Below, in pieces: positions 1 to 9,582 of a stretch of 64,000 nucleotides of DNA (position 1 is the stretch's first letter; every line of letters begins with the position of its first letter). Under the pieces are notes generated by a model. The model did no database searches and was not told the DNA's origin. It saw nothing but the letters and a program-made list of their open reading frames with translations. The stretch comes from Dehalococcoidia bacterium (lineage in GTDB: Bacteria; Chloroflexota; Dehalococcoidia; UBA2979), in contig CAXXDN010000002.1 in assembly GCA_963667465.2 (NCBI GenBank), forward strand, positions 448,001 to 512,000. Reading direction: 5' to 3'. Position numbers and translations under genes: made by a program.

Positions 1-1
1 C

Positions 2-1153
2 GCCGCCGCATGCGGCTCGCAGAACCTCGCGCCGCTCGGCACCGGGCCGTACCGCCTCGTCTCCTTCCGGTCCGATCAGGGCGCCACCTACGAGCGCAAC
101 CCGCACTACCGCGGCGACCGGCCCTACTTCGACCGCGTCGAGATCGTCGGCGGCGGGACCGCCGAGGAGGCGGCGAGCGCAGCGCTCGAGACGGGCGAGG
201 CGGACTTCGGCTGGAACCTGCAGATCGCGCCCGAGACGCTCGCCGCCCTCGCTGGTGGGGGACTCGGCAGCATCGTCTCGGCGTTCGCGGGGGACACCGA
301 GCGCATCGTGATCAACCACACGAATCCGGACCCGGCGCTCGGTGAGGACCGCTCCGAGTATCTCGACGGCGCCAACCCGCACCCCTTCCTGACCTTCGAC
401 CCGATCACGCAGGCGATGTCGATGGCCATCGACCGCGCCCGCATCGCGGATGAGCTCTACGGCTTCGCCGCGGCGCCGACGTGCAACTTGGTGCCGGGGC
501 CGGAGCGCTACGTCTCCTCAGCGAACGACGGGTGCCTGGCGCAGGACGTAGAGGGCGCGCAGGCGCTGCTCGACGAGCACGGGGTGATCGACACGGATGG
601 CGACGGCGTTCGCGAGTACGAGGGCGTTGCGCTGCGCGTTACGTACCAGACCTCCACGAACGCGGTCCGCCAGGCCACGCAGGCGCTGGTGCGGGACTGG
701 TGGGCAGAAATCGGCATCAAGGCGACGCTTGTGGACCACGACGCGAGCGTGTTCTTCGGCGGCGACCCCATCGCCGACGCGTCGTCGACCTACAGGCGCT
801 TCTTCGCCGACGTACAGATGTACACGAGCGGGCCCGGCGTCGATCCGCAGGAGTACCTCTCGACCCAGCGCTGCGGCCACATCGCGGCGCGCGGCAACCA
901 CTGGTCCGACGGTAACGTCCCGCGCTGGTGCAACGCGGAGTACGACCGCCTCTACGAGGAACTCGGGCGCACGATCGACGGTGACGACCGTGCTGCGCTC
1001 ATCAAGCGGCTCAACGATCTACTCGTGCAGGGCTACGCCGAGATCCCGCTCGTGCACCGCGGGTTCGTGTCGGCCTACCGCGACACGCTGCTGGGCGTGC
1101 GCCCGAACGCCTGGGACAGCGACCTGTGGAACATCGCCGAGTGGCGCCGTTAG
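2..1153 (+). CDS. Peptide/nickel ABC transporter substrate-binding protein (family 5), 5' end outside window
   Basis: The frame of ORF 308..1153 is open back to base 2 (…LGTGPYRLVSFR…YERNPHY…). It shows the SBP_bac_5 'GTGPY' motif and a C-terminal 'WNIAEW'. Confidence 0.9.
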   Translation, partial: AAACGSQNLAPLGTGPYRLVSFRSDQGATYERNPHYRGDRPYFDRVEIVGGGTAEEAASAALETGEADFGWNLQIAPETLAALAGGGLGSIVSAFAGDTERIVINHTNPDPALGEDRSEYLDGANPHPFLTFDPITQAMSMAIDRARIADELYGFAAAPTCNLVPGPERYVSSANDGCLAQDVEGAQALLDEHGVIDTDGDGVREYEGVALRVTYQTSTNAVRQATQALVRDWWAEIGIKATLVDHDASVFFGGDPIADASSTYRRFFADVQMYTSGPGVDPQEYLSTQRCGHIAARGNHWSDGNVPRWCNAEYDRLYEELGRTIDGDDRAALIKRLNDLLVQGYAEIPLVHRGFVSAYRDTLLGVRPNAWDSDLWNIAEWRR

Positions 1154-1238
1154 GTTGTCCTGCCCCCCCCGGCAGCCAGCCACTTCGGGACTCGGTGAGG
1201 CCTGCCGCCACCTCCGAAGAGGAGGACCGGGCTACGCT

Positions 1239-1269
1239 GCTCGCTCCTGCTCGTTCCTGCTCGTTCCTG
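1239..1269. repeat. Short tandem repeat, about 3 x 10 bp (GCTCG[C/T]TCCT)
   Basis: gctcgctcct gctcgttcct gctcgttcct lies in the intergenic gap between convergent genes. Confidence 0.6.
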
Positions 1270-1313
1270 TGAGCGCCCTGGCGGACCGCTCGGGCGTGCC
1301 CTGCGGTGGTTGG

Positions 1314-1922
1314 TCAGTAGAGCCGCTCGCGGTTGGCCTCGTCCTCGGAGGCGTCGATCGCGGCGGCGTTCGCGCCGCGGATCTGGTCGGCGAGGACCTG
1401 TCCGTAGGTGGGGAAGCAGGAGCGGTCGATCTGCGTCTCGGTGTCCCAGAGCCGCGAGCGGATCAGGGAGCGGCCGCAGTGCAGGAACGCCTCCTCGACG
1501 GTGATGCGCAGGCCGGAGGGTGGCGCCTTGCGGCCGACGGAGAGTGGCGCGAGGAGCGCCGCGTCGGTGACGATCTCGGCCCTGCCGCTGACACGCAGGG
1601 TCTCGTTCATGCCCGGCGCGAGGAAGAGCAGCCCCACCTGCGGGTGGGCGAGCACGTTCTGGAGCGAGTCGAGCTGGTTGTTGCCGGGGCGGTCGGGGAT
1701 GAGCAGGGTGTGCTCATCGAGCACCGCCACGAAGCCGGGCGGGTCGCCCCTGGGCGAGGTGTCCTGGCGTCCGTCGGCGCCGCGGGAGCTGATCACGCAG
1801 AAGGGCGAGAGCGCGATGAAATCGCGGGCGTGCCGGTCGATGTGGTCCAGCACCTTCTGTTGTGCCCGCGGTGCCGGCTCCCGGTAGGTCTCGCGCAGCT
1901 CGGTCTGGCTAGCGATGCCCAT
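1314..1922 (-). CDS. Pyridoxamine 5'-phosphate oxidase-like FMN-binding protein (MSMEG_1061 type)
   Basis: Motifs 'FIALSPF', 'SPRGDPPGFV', 'IPDRPGNNQLDS', 'ETLRVSG', 'FLHCGRSLIRS'. ATG at 1922 has a GGAGGT SD. Confidence 0.88.
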   Translation of the reverse strand: MGIASQTELRETYREPAPRAQQKVLDHIDRHARDFIALSPFCVISSRGADGRQDTSPRGDPPGFVAVLDEHTLLIPDRPGNNQLDSLQNVLAHPQVGLLFLAPGMNETLRVSGRAEIVTDAALLAPLSVGRKAPPSGLRITVEEAFLHCGRSLIRSRLWDTETQIDRSCFPTYGQVLADQIRGANAAAIDASEDEANRERLY

Positions 1923-2062
1923 GCGCGCACCTCCCCGGTGGCTCATTGGGGAGTATGGCACACGCCGCAGGCGGACCGCGCCAGCGGATCGTGGGAGCCC
2001 TCGTTTCGCGGGCCGGGCGGCCGGCCCGCCGGCAGCGGCGCAGCGCGCCGGGCCGGGCCGGT

Positions 2063-2800
2063 TTACCCGGGGTCCTGCGGTTCGCGCGAGCGCGCAAGCT
2101 CGGCGCGCAACTCGCGCACCTCGTCGCGGAGCGAGGCGAGGGCGGCGGCTGCGGGGTCCTCGCGTCGCGCCAGCATCGAGGCGAAGTTGGCGGTGAGCGC
2201 GCCGAAGAGCCCGATGCCGCCGAGCATCAGCACGTAGGCGAAGGCGCGTCCGGGCGCCGTGACTGGCACGATATCGCCGTAGCCGACCGTCGTAACGGTG
2301 GCGATCGACCACCAGAGGGCGTCGGGGAAGGAGTCGACGGGCGAGTCGTGGCCGCGTTCGAGCGAGGTCACGATAGTCGCGATCAGGAGCACGAGTCCGA
2401 CGGCGTAGGCGCCGAGGAAGTCGACGTGGGCGAACCGCACCGGGCGGCGGTAGGCGCGCGAGCCGTAACGGGTGATCCAGAGTATCCTCAGCGGGCGGGC
2501 GACCGGGAGCAGCACGGCGAGGGCGTCGAGCCAGTGCTGCCGGAGGTAGCGCCCGCGCCGGGGAGCGATGGCCAGCCTGACAAGCAGTTCAGCGGCGAAG
2601 CCGGCCCAGATGGTGAGACTGCAGGCGAGCGCGAGCGTCTGCGAGGCGGGCCGCAGCTCCCAGAGCAGGGGCGCCGCGAGGAGCGGGATCAGCGCGAACG
2701 AGAGGATCATCAGCGGCAGTTCCGTGCCGCGCTCGATCCTGTCCAGCAGGGCCTCGCGGCGGGCGCTGCGTCCCGGCTCGGGTTCGCTGGGTCGGTGCAT
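2063..2800 (-). CDS. Potassium channel / ion transporter
   Basis: Pore signature 'WWSIATVTTVGYGD', S4-like 'RPLRIL', C-terminal coiled coil. Confidence 0.92.
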   Translation of the reverse strand: MHRPSEPEPGRSARREALLDRIERGTELPLMILSFALIPLLAAPLLWELRPASQTLALACSLTIWAGFAAELLVRLAIAPRRGRYLRQHWLDALAVLLPVARPLRILWITRYGSRAYRRPVRFAHVDFLGAYAVGLVLLIATIVTSLERGHDSPVDSFPDALWWSIATVTTVGYGDIVPVTAPGRAFAYVLMLGGIGLFGALTANFASMLARREDPAAAALASLRDEVRELRAELARSREPQDPG

Positions 2801-2877
2801 GGGGCATCTCCTTCCCGGTGGGTTCGTTCAGCCTATCGGACCGCAATCGTGGCGGATGAGCAGAGAGGTCCGGGGCG

Positions 2878-5319
2878 ATGCCGAGAGTGCTTGATGGACT
2901 GAGTTGGCTGGTCACGGTGCGGCCGCTCGCGACGCTGCTCGCGCTGCTGCTGATTACGATCGCCCTTGGCGCGGGCATCACGCGACTGGCGCCGCAGGCC
3001 GACAACACCGTCTTCCTGCCGGAGGACAGCGACGTCACGCTCGCCTCGGAGACGATCGACGCGCTCTTCGGGCGCTCGCAGGAGACGGTCTCCGCGACGC
3101 TGCTCTTCCGCGGCGAGGCGCTCACGCCGGCAGGTCTCGCGCAGATCGACGAGGTCGTGACGTCCGCCGCGTCCGACCCGCGCGTGCAGGCGCTGCTCGC
3201 GCCGCAAGGCGCGGTCGTCTCGCCCACCTTGCTGTTCGCGCAGGCGCTGGGCACGGACGACTTCGCGGCGCTCGGGCAGGCGCAGATCGACGGTGCCGCG
3301 GCGCAGCTGCCGCTCGGGCGGCTGGTCGGCACGGACACCGACGGGACGACTGTGACGATCGCCGCGATCCGGCTGCGCGCGGACGGCGACGGCGACGGCG
3401 ACACGGCCGACGACGAGGCCGGGCTCGCAGAGGCCGAGCTCGCGATCCGCGACATCGCCCGGGACAGCGCGGGTCCGCTCACGGGCAGCAGCCTCTCCGC
3501 GGCCACCACGGCCGAAGAGACCGAGCGCGCCACGGGCACGGAGATGGCCGTGATCATGGTCATCGCGCTGGCGGTGATCGGCGCGTTGCTGCTGCTCTTC
3601 ACGCGCTCGCCGATCGACCTGCTGCTCTCGGTGCTGGGGCTCGTGCTCACGATCGTCTGGGTGCTCGGCGCCCAGGGCTGGCTCGGCCCGGAGGGGGCCG
3701 GCCTGATTGGCGCGCCCAACACGCTGACGACGATGGTGCCGGTGATGCTGATCGGGCTCGTCGTCGACTACGCGATCCAGACCGTCGGGCTCTACCGCGA
3801 GCGGCGCGGCGAGGGCCACGGCGCGCGCGCGGCGGCGCGGCTCGGGCTGCGTTCGGTGATCATCCCGCTCTCGCTCGCCGCCGTGACCACGGTCGTCTCC
3901 TTCCTCACCAACCTCAGTTCGCCGATCCCGGCCAACGGCGACTTCGGGGTCGTCGCGGGCGTGGGCGTCATCGCCGGGCTGGTCGTGATGCTGGCGCTGC
4001 TCGCCTCGGCGCGCGCGCTGATCGACGGCCGCCGCGAGTCGCGCGGCGTGCTGCCGGAGGCGAAGCCGGTCTCCGGCGCCATCCCCGGAGTGGGCCGCGC
4101 CGTCGAAGCGCTTGGAGGGCAGCTCGCGCGCCGGCCCGCGCCCTTCCTGGTGGTGGTCGGCATCGTCACGGTGCTGCTGGGCATCGCCTCCACGAATCTC
4201 GATACCGTCTTCGACTCTCGCGACTTCCTGCCGAGGGGGGGCGACGCGGTCCGCGACGTGGAGACGCTCGACGCCGCCTTCGGTGGCTCGACCGACGTGG
4301 TCCAGGTGCTGATCGAGGCGGAGGCGACCGCCGGCCGCACGGTCCGCAACATCCTCGACTTCAGCGTCGCCTTCGACGATGACCTGCGCCGCCCCGAGGG
4401 GGTGGTCGGGGGCATCCAGTCCTCGCTCGGGACGTTGCTGCTCGACTGGATCACGGACGGCGGCCCGGACGACCCCGCCTACGACGCCGAGCTCGTGGCG
4501 ATGACCGAAGCGGCGGACCAGTTCCGGCTTGACGCGCAGCAGGTGCAGGCGATCTACGAGCGTCTGGCGGGGCTCGACCCGGAGCGCTTCGCCCGGGTGG
4601 CGGTCGTCGACCCGGCGGGGGCCGACACGCTGCTCGTGCGCTTCGACGCGCTCACGCGCGACCAGGAGCGTGCGGGGCGCATGGTCGCCGACATCGAGGG
4701 GTTGTGGTTCGGGAGCGACGAGGAGATCACGGCCACCTCGAGCGAGATCATCGGGCTCGAGGTAGTGGACGCGATGACCTCCAGCCAGACGGCGGCGATC
4801 GCCACGACGGTGCTCGCCGCCTTCGCGATCCTCACGCTCTTCTTCTGGATCACCGACGGGCGCCCGGAGCTGGGCTTCATCGCGGTCGCGCCGATCGTGA
4901 TGGTGCTCTTCTGCGTGCTCGGGACGATGGCGCTCGCGGGCATCCCCTACAACGTGATCACGGCGCTGATCACGGCGCTCTCGATCGGCATCGGTGTGGA
5001 CTACACGATCCACATCATCCACCGCTACGAGGAGGAGTTTGAGCACTCGCATGACCCCGAGCAGGCGGCGCGCCGCACGCTCGGCACGACCGGCTCGGCG
5101 CTGCTCGGATCGGCGCTGACGACGGCGCTGGGCTTCGGAGTGCTGGTGTTCTCCTCGCTCACGCCCTTCCAGCAGTTCGGGATCGTGACCGCGATCACGA
5201 TCGCCTACGCGCTGATCGCGGCGATCGTGGTGGTGCCGCCGGCGATGATCCTCTGGGGCGCCTACCAGCACTACCGCCTGCGCAGCGCCGCCGAGCGCGC
5301 CGCCCAGCTCGACGCGTAG
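2878..5319 (+). CDS. MMPL/RND-family membrane transporter
   Basis: Two repeats of a soluble loop plus TM bundle, with 'IGLVVDYAI' and 'IGIGVDYTIH' motifs. Confidence 0.9.
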   Translation: MPRVLDGLSWLVTVRPLATLLALLLITIALGAGITRLAPQADNTVFLPEDSDVTLASETIDALFGRSQETVSATLLFRGEALTPAGLAQIDEVVTSAASDPRVQALLAPQGAVVSPTLLFAQALGTDDFAALGQAQIDGAAAQLPLGRLVGTDTDGTTVTIAAIRLRADGDGDGDTADDEAGLAEAELAIRDIARDSAGPLTGSSLSAATTAEETERATGTEMAVIMVIALAVIGALLLLFTRSPIDLLLSVLGLVLTIVWVLGAQGWLGPEGAGLIGAPNTLTTMVPVMLIGLVVDYAIQTVGLYRERRGEGHGARAAARLGLRSVIIPLSLAAVTTVVSFLTNLSSPIPANGDFGVVAGVGVIAGLVVMLALLASARALIDGRRESRGVLPEAKPVSGAIPGVGRAVEALGGQLARRPAPFLVVVGIVTVLLGIASTNLDTVFDSRDFLPRGGDAVRDVETLDAAFGGSTDVVQVLIEAEATAGRTVRNILDFSVAFDDDLRRPEGVVGGIQSSLGTLLLDWITDGGPDDPAYDAELVAMTEAADQFRLDAQQVQAIYERLAGLDPERFARVAVVDPAGADTLLVRFDALTRDQERAGRMVADIEGLWFGSDEEITATSSEIIGLEVVDAMTSSQTAAIATTVLAAFAILTLFFWITDGRPELGFIAVAPIVMVLFCVLGTMALAGIPYNVITALITALSIGIGVDYTIHIIHRYEEEFEHSHDPEQAARRTLGTTGSALLGSALTTALGFGVLVFSSLTPFQQFGIVTAITIAYALIAAIVVVPPAMILWGAYQHYRLRSAAERAAQLDA

Positions 5320-5367
5320 CGGGCCGGCTGCGATGACACCTCAGGGATGACGCGCCACGTGCGCGCC

Positions 5368-5400
5368 GGGGGGCACACCGCCAGCAATGGCGGTGCCCCC
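5368..5400. terminator. GC-rich hairpin (GCAA loop), probable terminator after the MMPL gene
   Basis: ggggcac-accgcca GCAA tggcggt-gcccc, about 50 bp downstream of the stop codon. Confidence 0.5.
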
Positions 5401-5563
5401 GTCCTTCCGGCTACCCGGCCGCTCCCGCGAGCGAACCCTGCTGCTCGCGCTCCAGCGCCCAGGGGAGCAACCCCGCCGAGGCGGAGTTGCTGCGAGAGGC
5501 TGAGGCCGTGTTCCGCAACGCCGTGCGGGGCCTCCCTCCGGAGGACAGCGCCTCGAACCGCAA

Positions 5564-6178
5564 CTACATCCGCTTCGTTCGCTCGGAGCGGCGCAAGCGC
5601 GGGCGTGCCCCGTCGTGAGCCACAGGGCGAGCCTCGTCGACGGTAGCGCTCCCCTCGATGACGCTGCTCCGCCTGAGCGGCGTCGATTCCCCTGTACCGC
5701 CCCCGTCACCGCCGCAAAGCGAGGCCGCCGCCGCGACCAGGGCAGCGGCGACGATCGCCGCCCGCCAGCGGTTGCGCCGATCCAGCAGGAAGCTCGCGAC
5801 CGCGGCCGCCGCGCCGATCGCGAGCGGAACCACCCATCCGCCGTACCACACGCCGATCACCAGGCAGCCGCCGGCCACGAGCACGAGAGAGTCGGCCACG
5901 ACCAGCCGGCGGTCGCCCACCCGCCGTCCCGGCCAGACGAACCTCCCCACCGCCAGGCCGACCAGGATCACAAGGCCCGCGGGCATCCAGGACAGGGCGA
6001 TGCCCGCGAAGACGCCGGCTCGCCACCAGCTCGGAGCCGCCGCCAGTCCGAGCAGCGCGGCGCCGATCCCGGCGGCTATCAGGGGCGGGACGAGGTACCA
6101 CGCCAGACCGAACGGACTGCCCGCGACGACGGCGCATGCGCCGCCCAGCATCAGCAGGTCCGCCAGCCACACGCGCAT
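5564..6178 (-). CDS. Hypothetical membrane protein (internally duplicated TM unit)
   Basis: Hydrophobic ORF from ATG 6178, with repeats 'LADLLMLGGAC…WWRAG' and 'VADSLVLVAGGC…RWRAA'. The C-terminus is low quality. Confidence 0.5.
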   Translation of the reverse strand: MRVWLADLLMLGGACAVVAGSPFGLAWYLVPPLIAAGIGAALLGLAAAPSWWRAGVFAGIALSWMPAGLVILVGLAVGRFVWPGRRVGDRRLVVADSLVLVAGGCLVIGVWYGGWVVPLAIGAAAAVASFLLDRRNRWRAAIVAAALVAAAASLCGGDGGGTGESTPLRRSSVIEGSATVDEARPVAHDGARPRLRRSERTKRM

Positions 6179-6339
6179 TCCTTGCCGTCCGTCGCTTCTC
6201 GCGGGCAGGTCATCGCGCCCGCCCCGATGCAGTGGACACCTTCCGCGTCGTGATCGCCACCGCGTTGGGAGGCAGCGCACACCGAGTCGATCGGCGGCTA
6301 CATCCGCTTCGTCAGGGCCGGCCTGCTGCTCGCTCGACG

Positions 6340-6510
6340 CCGCCATGAGCGACAGCAGGCAGTGCAGCAGCCCGTGCCCCACGGCGAACGCGAACAGCCG
6401 GTAGCGGTGGCCGGGGCCGGGCTTCGAGCCGTTGCGCCAGCGTCGCAGCGTGTGCACCTCGACGCGCGACTCCCGCGCCAGCGCGCGCCGGCTCAGGCCT
6501 GCTGGTCCCT
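6340..6510 (-). pseudogene. XRE-like helix-turn-helix fragment
   Basis: 'GLSRRALARESRVEVHTLRRWRNGSKP' resembles an HTH_3 domain; no clean start or stop. Confidence 0.4.
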
Positions 6511-6645
6511 GCGCGGCGGCGAGGCTCCAGCGGCGCAGCAGCACGAAGGCCGAAGCAACCACGCTCGGTGTAGATTGATGGAAGCACAGAGAAGCACAGA
6601 GTCGGCGGGCCGCATGCGAGCAATGCCCTGACGCACCTGCGAACG

Positions 6646-9474
6646 ATGACGAGGCGGCTTGCGATTGGGCAGCGCGCGTGGCTGCTCGTGGCGGTCAGCG
6701 TCCTCGTCTCGCTCGCCGTCGTCGTCGGCCTCTGGCTGGGCTTCAGTGCGGACCCCACTGGCGCGACCCACACCACAGGGACAGTCGTCACCGTCACGGC
6801 GACGGCCGCTGATGGGTACGGTTTGTCGTCCTGGGGCGATAACGGCGCGGGCACACCCACTCCCTCGATGACTGCAACCGCGACGGCCACGCCGCCGCCG
6901 CCCGCGACCGTGACCCCGACCGACACCGCGCCGCCGACCGCCACCGCGACACCGGTGACCTACACGCTGACGTTCTCCGCCGCGACGGGAGGAAGCCTGA
7001 GCGCGGGCCCAGCCGGGGAGAGCCACGCTGCGGGGACAGTCGTCACCGTCACGGCGACCGCTGCGGACGGGTACCAGCTGTCGTCGTGGGGCGATGACTG
7101 CGCTGGCACGCCAGCGACCTCGGCGACGTGCTCGCTCACGATGGACGCGGACCGTATAGCCTCCGCGACGTTCGCGAAGAACAGCGCGCCCACCACGCTC
7201 CGCTACTCGACCTACGACACGACCGGGCAGGCGGCGACGGCCGGGAGCTACGCCTTCCTCACGGCGAACGGCGCTGGCAGCCAGCGGGAGGGCAGGGACG
7301 AGGGCGCGCGCCAGTCGGAAGGGGCCAACACCCCGGTCGCCATCACGACCCACGAGGGCCTGCGTACCGAGGCTGACACGCTGCGCATCCACGTCACCGA
7401 CGGCTCGGGCGTCGCGCGCGCGAGCTTCTACGGGACGGTGGAGGTCGGCGACACGTTCGAGTGGCGGGAGGCGAGCGATTGCTGGGTACGCTACCTCGTA
7501 ACCGCTGTCAAGCCGGGAACCTCGCCGCGCGAGTTTGTGATCTGGCCCTACTCGTACACGTACACCGGCTGTAGCGGCACGGTGGCCAGCGGTCGCAGTG
7601 CGCCGGGTGACACCGCTCAGGGCGGTGAGCGCTCGCCAGCGACCGCCACCGCGATGCGTGACTTCACATGGAAGCCCGCGTACCTGCGGACGGGCGACTT
7701 CAAGGTCCCGACCTGGCACGGCCCGTGGCTGATTGTCCCTACGAGTTGGACCGGACCGGTCCCTGTCGCCCGATCCCTGGCTCCGCCTGTCGCCCCACCT
7801 GCTATCACGTGGCCGCCGGATCCCCTCCCCGACCCGGACCTCGGACCCGGCTGGCGCGGGGGCGTGCACATGGGCTACGGGGACCTGGAGGGGCTGTACT
7901 CGCACAGCGACGGGGGCACCCTGAGCGCCTACATATGGCAACTCCAGAAGTGGCCGCTCGACGTCTACCGCATGGGGTTGCCCTTCAGCGAAGCCGCGCG
8001 GATCAACGAGTTCGTCATCATAGATGGGCGTCCGGCACACGTGTCTTACTCGCGCGTGAAACACGACGGATCGGAGGCTCAAGCGATAATCTTTGATCCG
8101 GCAACGGGGCTGGTCTACAGCGTGCGTGGCGGCCCGCTCGCCCGCCAGAACGACCCCGATGCGACGATCGAGATCGCGAAGAAGTTCATCCTGCCCGTGA
8201 CCCCGACCGACACCGCGCCGCCGACCGCGACCGTGACCCCGACGACCTACGCGCTGGCGCTCTCCGCCGCGACGGGTGGGAGCCTGAGTGCGGACCCCGC
8301 CGGGGAGAGCCACGCTGCGGGAACAGTCGTCACCGTCACGGCGACCGCCGCTGATGGGTACAAGTTCTCCTCGTGGGGTGATGACTGCGCTGGCACGCCT
8401 ACTACCTCGGCGACGTGCTCGCTCACGATGGACGCGGACCGCACAGCCTCAGCCATGTTCGCGAAGAACAGCGCACCCACCACGCTCCGCTACAGCACGT
8501 ACGACACGACCGGGCAGGCGGCGACCGCCGGGAGCTACGCCTTCCTCACGGCGAACGGCGCTGGCAGCCAGAGGGAGGGCGGGGACGAGGGCGCGCGCCA
8601 GTCGGAAGGGTCCACCACCCCGGTCGCCATCACGACCTACGAAGGGCTGCGCACCGAGGCCGACACCCTGCGCATCCACGTCACCGACGGTTCCGGAATC
8701 TCTCTCGCGAGCTTCTACGGCACGGTCGAGGTCGGCGACACGTTCGAGTGGCGGGAGGCGAGCGATTGCTGGGTGCGCTACCTCGTGACCGCGATCAATC
8801 TGGGGGCGTCCCCGCGGGACTTCGCAATCAAGCCCTACTCGTACACGTACACCGGCTGTAGCGGCACGGTGGCCAGCGGTCGCAGTGCGCCGGGTGACAC
8901 CGCTCAGGGCGGTGAGCGCTCGTCAGCGACCGCCACCGCGATGCGTGACTTCACATGGAAGCCCGCGTACCTGCGGACGGGCGACTTCAAGGTCCCCACA
9001 TGGCACGGCCCGTGGCTGATTGTCCCTACGAGTTGGACCGGACCGGTCCCTGTCGCCGCACCCGTCAACCCGCCTGCCATCACGTGGCCGCCGGCTCCCC
9101 TCCCCGACCCGGACCTCGGACCCGGCTGGCGCGGGGGCGTGCACTTGGGCTACGGGGAACTGGAAGGCTGGTACTCCCATGCTGACGGCGGGAGTCTTGA
9201 CGTCTACATGTACCAAGTGCATGACTGGCCAGACGACACCTATCGTACCGGCGCACCCTTGAATGAGGCTGCACGGGTCAACGAGTTCGTCATGATCGAC
9301 GGTCGTCCGGCCCACGTGTCCTACTCGCGTGTGAAGCATGACGGTTCGGATGCGAGCGTGGGCATCTACGACCCGGCAACCGGGGTGATGTACAGCGTGC
9401 GTGGCGGCCCGCTCGCCCGCCAGAACGACCCCAAGGCGACGATCGAGCTCGCGAAGAAGTTCATCCTGCCGTGA
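6646..9474 (+). CDS. Secreted/surface protein with InlB B-repeat-like domains and a ~425-aa tandem duplication
   Basis: N-terminal hydrophobic segment, Pro/Thr linkers, B-repeat-like 'YTLT..A.TGGSLSA.PAG…GTVVTVTATAADGY..SSWGDDC…C.LTMDADR', and a duplicated downstream module. Confidence 0.85.
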   Translation: MTRRLAIGQRAWLLVAVSVLVSLAVVVGLWLGFSADPTGATHTTGTVVTVTATAADGYGLSSWGDNGAGTPTPSMTATATATPPPPATVTPTDTAPPTATATPVTYTLTFSAATGGSLSAGPAGESHAAGTVVTVTATAADGYQLSSWGDDCAGTPATSATCSLTMDADRIASATFAKNSAPTTLRYSTYDTTGQAATAGSYAFLTANGAGSQREGRDEGARQSEGANTPVAITTHEGLRTEADTLRIHVTDGSGVARASFYGTVEVGDTFEWREASDCWVRYLVTAVKPGTSPREFVIWPYSYTYTGCSGTVASGRSAPGDTAQGGERSPATATAMRDFTWKPAYLRTGDFKVPTWHGPWLIVPTSWTGPVPVARSLAPPVAPPAITWPPDPLPDPDLGPGWRGGVHMGYGDLEGLYSHSDGGTLSAYIWQLQKWPLDVYRMGLPFSEAARINEFVIIDGRPAHVSYSRVKHDGSEAQAIIFDPATGLVYSVRGGPLARQNDPDATIEIAKKFILPVTPTDTAPPTATVTPTTYALALSAATGGSLSADPAGESHAAGTVVTVTATAADGYKFSSWGDDCAGTPTTSATCSLTMDADRTASAMFAKNSAPTTLRYSTYDTTGQAATAGSYAFLTANGAGSQREGGDEGARQSEGSTTPVAITTYEGLRTEADTLRIHVTDGSGISLASFYGTVEVGDTFEWREASDCWVRYLVTAINLGASPRDFAIKPYSYTYTGCSGTVASGRSAPGDTAQGGERSSATATAMRDFTWKPAYLRTGDFKVPTWHGPWLIVPTSWTGPVPVAAPVNPPAITWPPAPLPDPDLGPGWRGGVHLGYGELEGWYSHADGGSLDVYMYQVHDWPDDTYRTGAPLNEAARVNEFVMIDGRPAHVSYSRVKHDGSDASVGIYDPATGVMYSVRGGPLARQNDPKATIELAKKFILP
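6910..9474 (+). repeat. Intragenic direct repeat, units ~6910-8196 and ~8197-9474
   Basis: Both units start gtgaccccgaccgacaccgcgccgccgaccgc and end aagaagttcatcctgcc. Confidence 0.92.
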
Positions 9475-9580
9475 GTCGGCTACCTGTCGTGCGACCCATC
9501 GCCGCCGCGGCGGTGGTAGCGGCCACCATCCTGGCGCTGTTCCTGAGCGGACAGCGACAGGTTCAGGCTGAGCAGCGCCG
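9471..9580 (+). pseudogene. Signal-peptide stub of a deleted second secreted protein
   Basis: GTG overlaps the upstream TGA. 'MSRLPVVRPIAAAAVVAATILALFLSGQRQVQAEQ' then runs directly into recombinase sequence. Confidence 0.55.
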
Positions 9581-9582
9581 GG

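Noticed and set aside
1167-1178. ccccggcagcca, the inverse of the att-like 12-mer at 10383
   Set aside because: Wrong orientation for an attL/attR pair and short enough to occur by chance in GC-rich DNA.
5400-5620. Possible structured ncRNA (several GC hairpins)
   Set aside because: Hairpins are expected at this GC content. One plus frame reads like a protein tail (AELLREAEAVFRNAVRGLPPED…NYIRFVRSERRKR*), so a gene remnant is more likely.
5564-6312. 15-bp direct repeat ctacatccgcttcgt at 5564 and 6298
   Set aside because: No transposase or element ends are associated; it cannot be distinguished from chance or a remnant paralogy.
6910-9474. Possible diversity-generating retroelement TR/VR pair
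   Set aside because: Differences between the units are not adenine-specific, both units are coding, and no reverse transcriptase is in the window.
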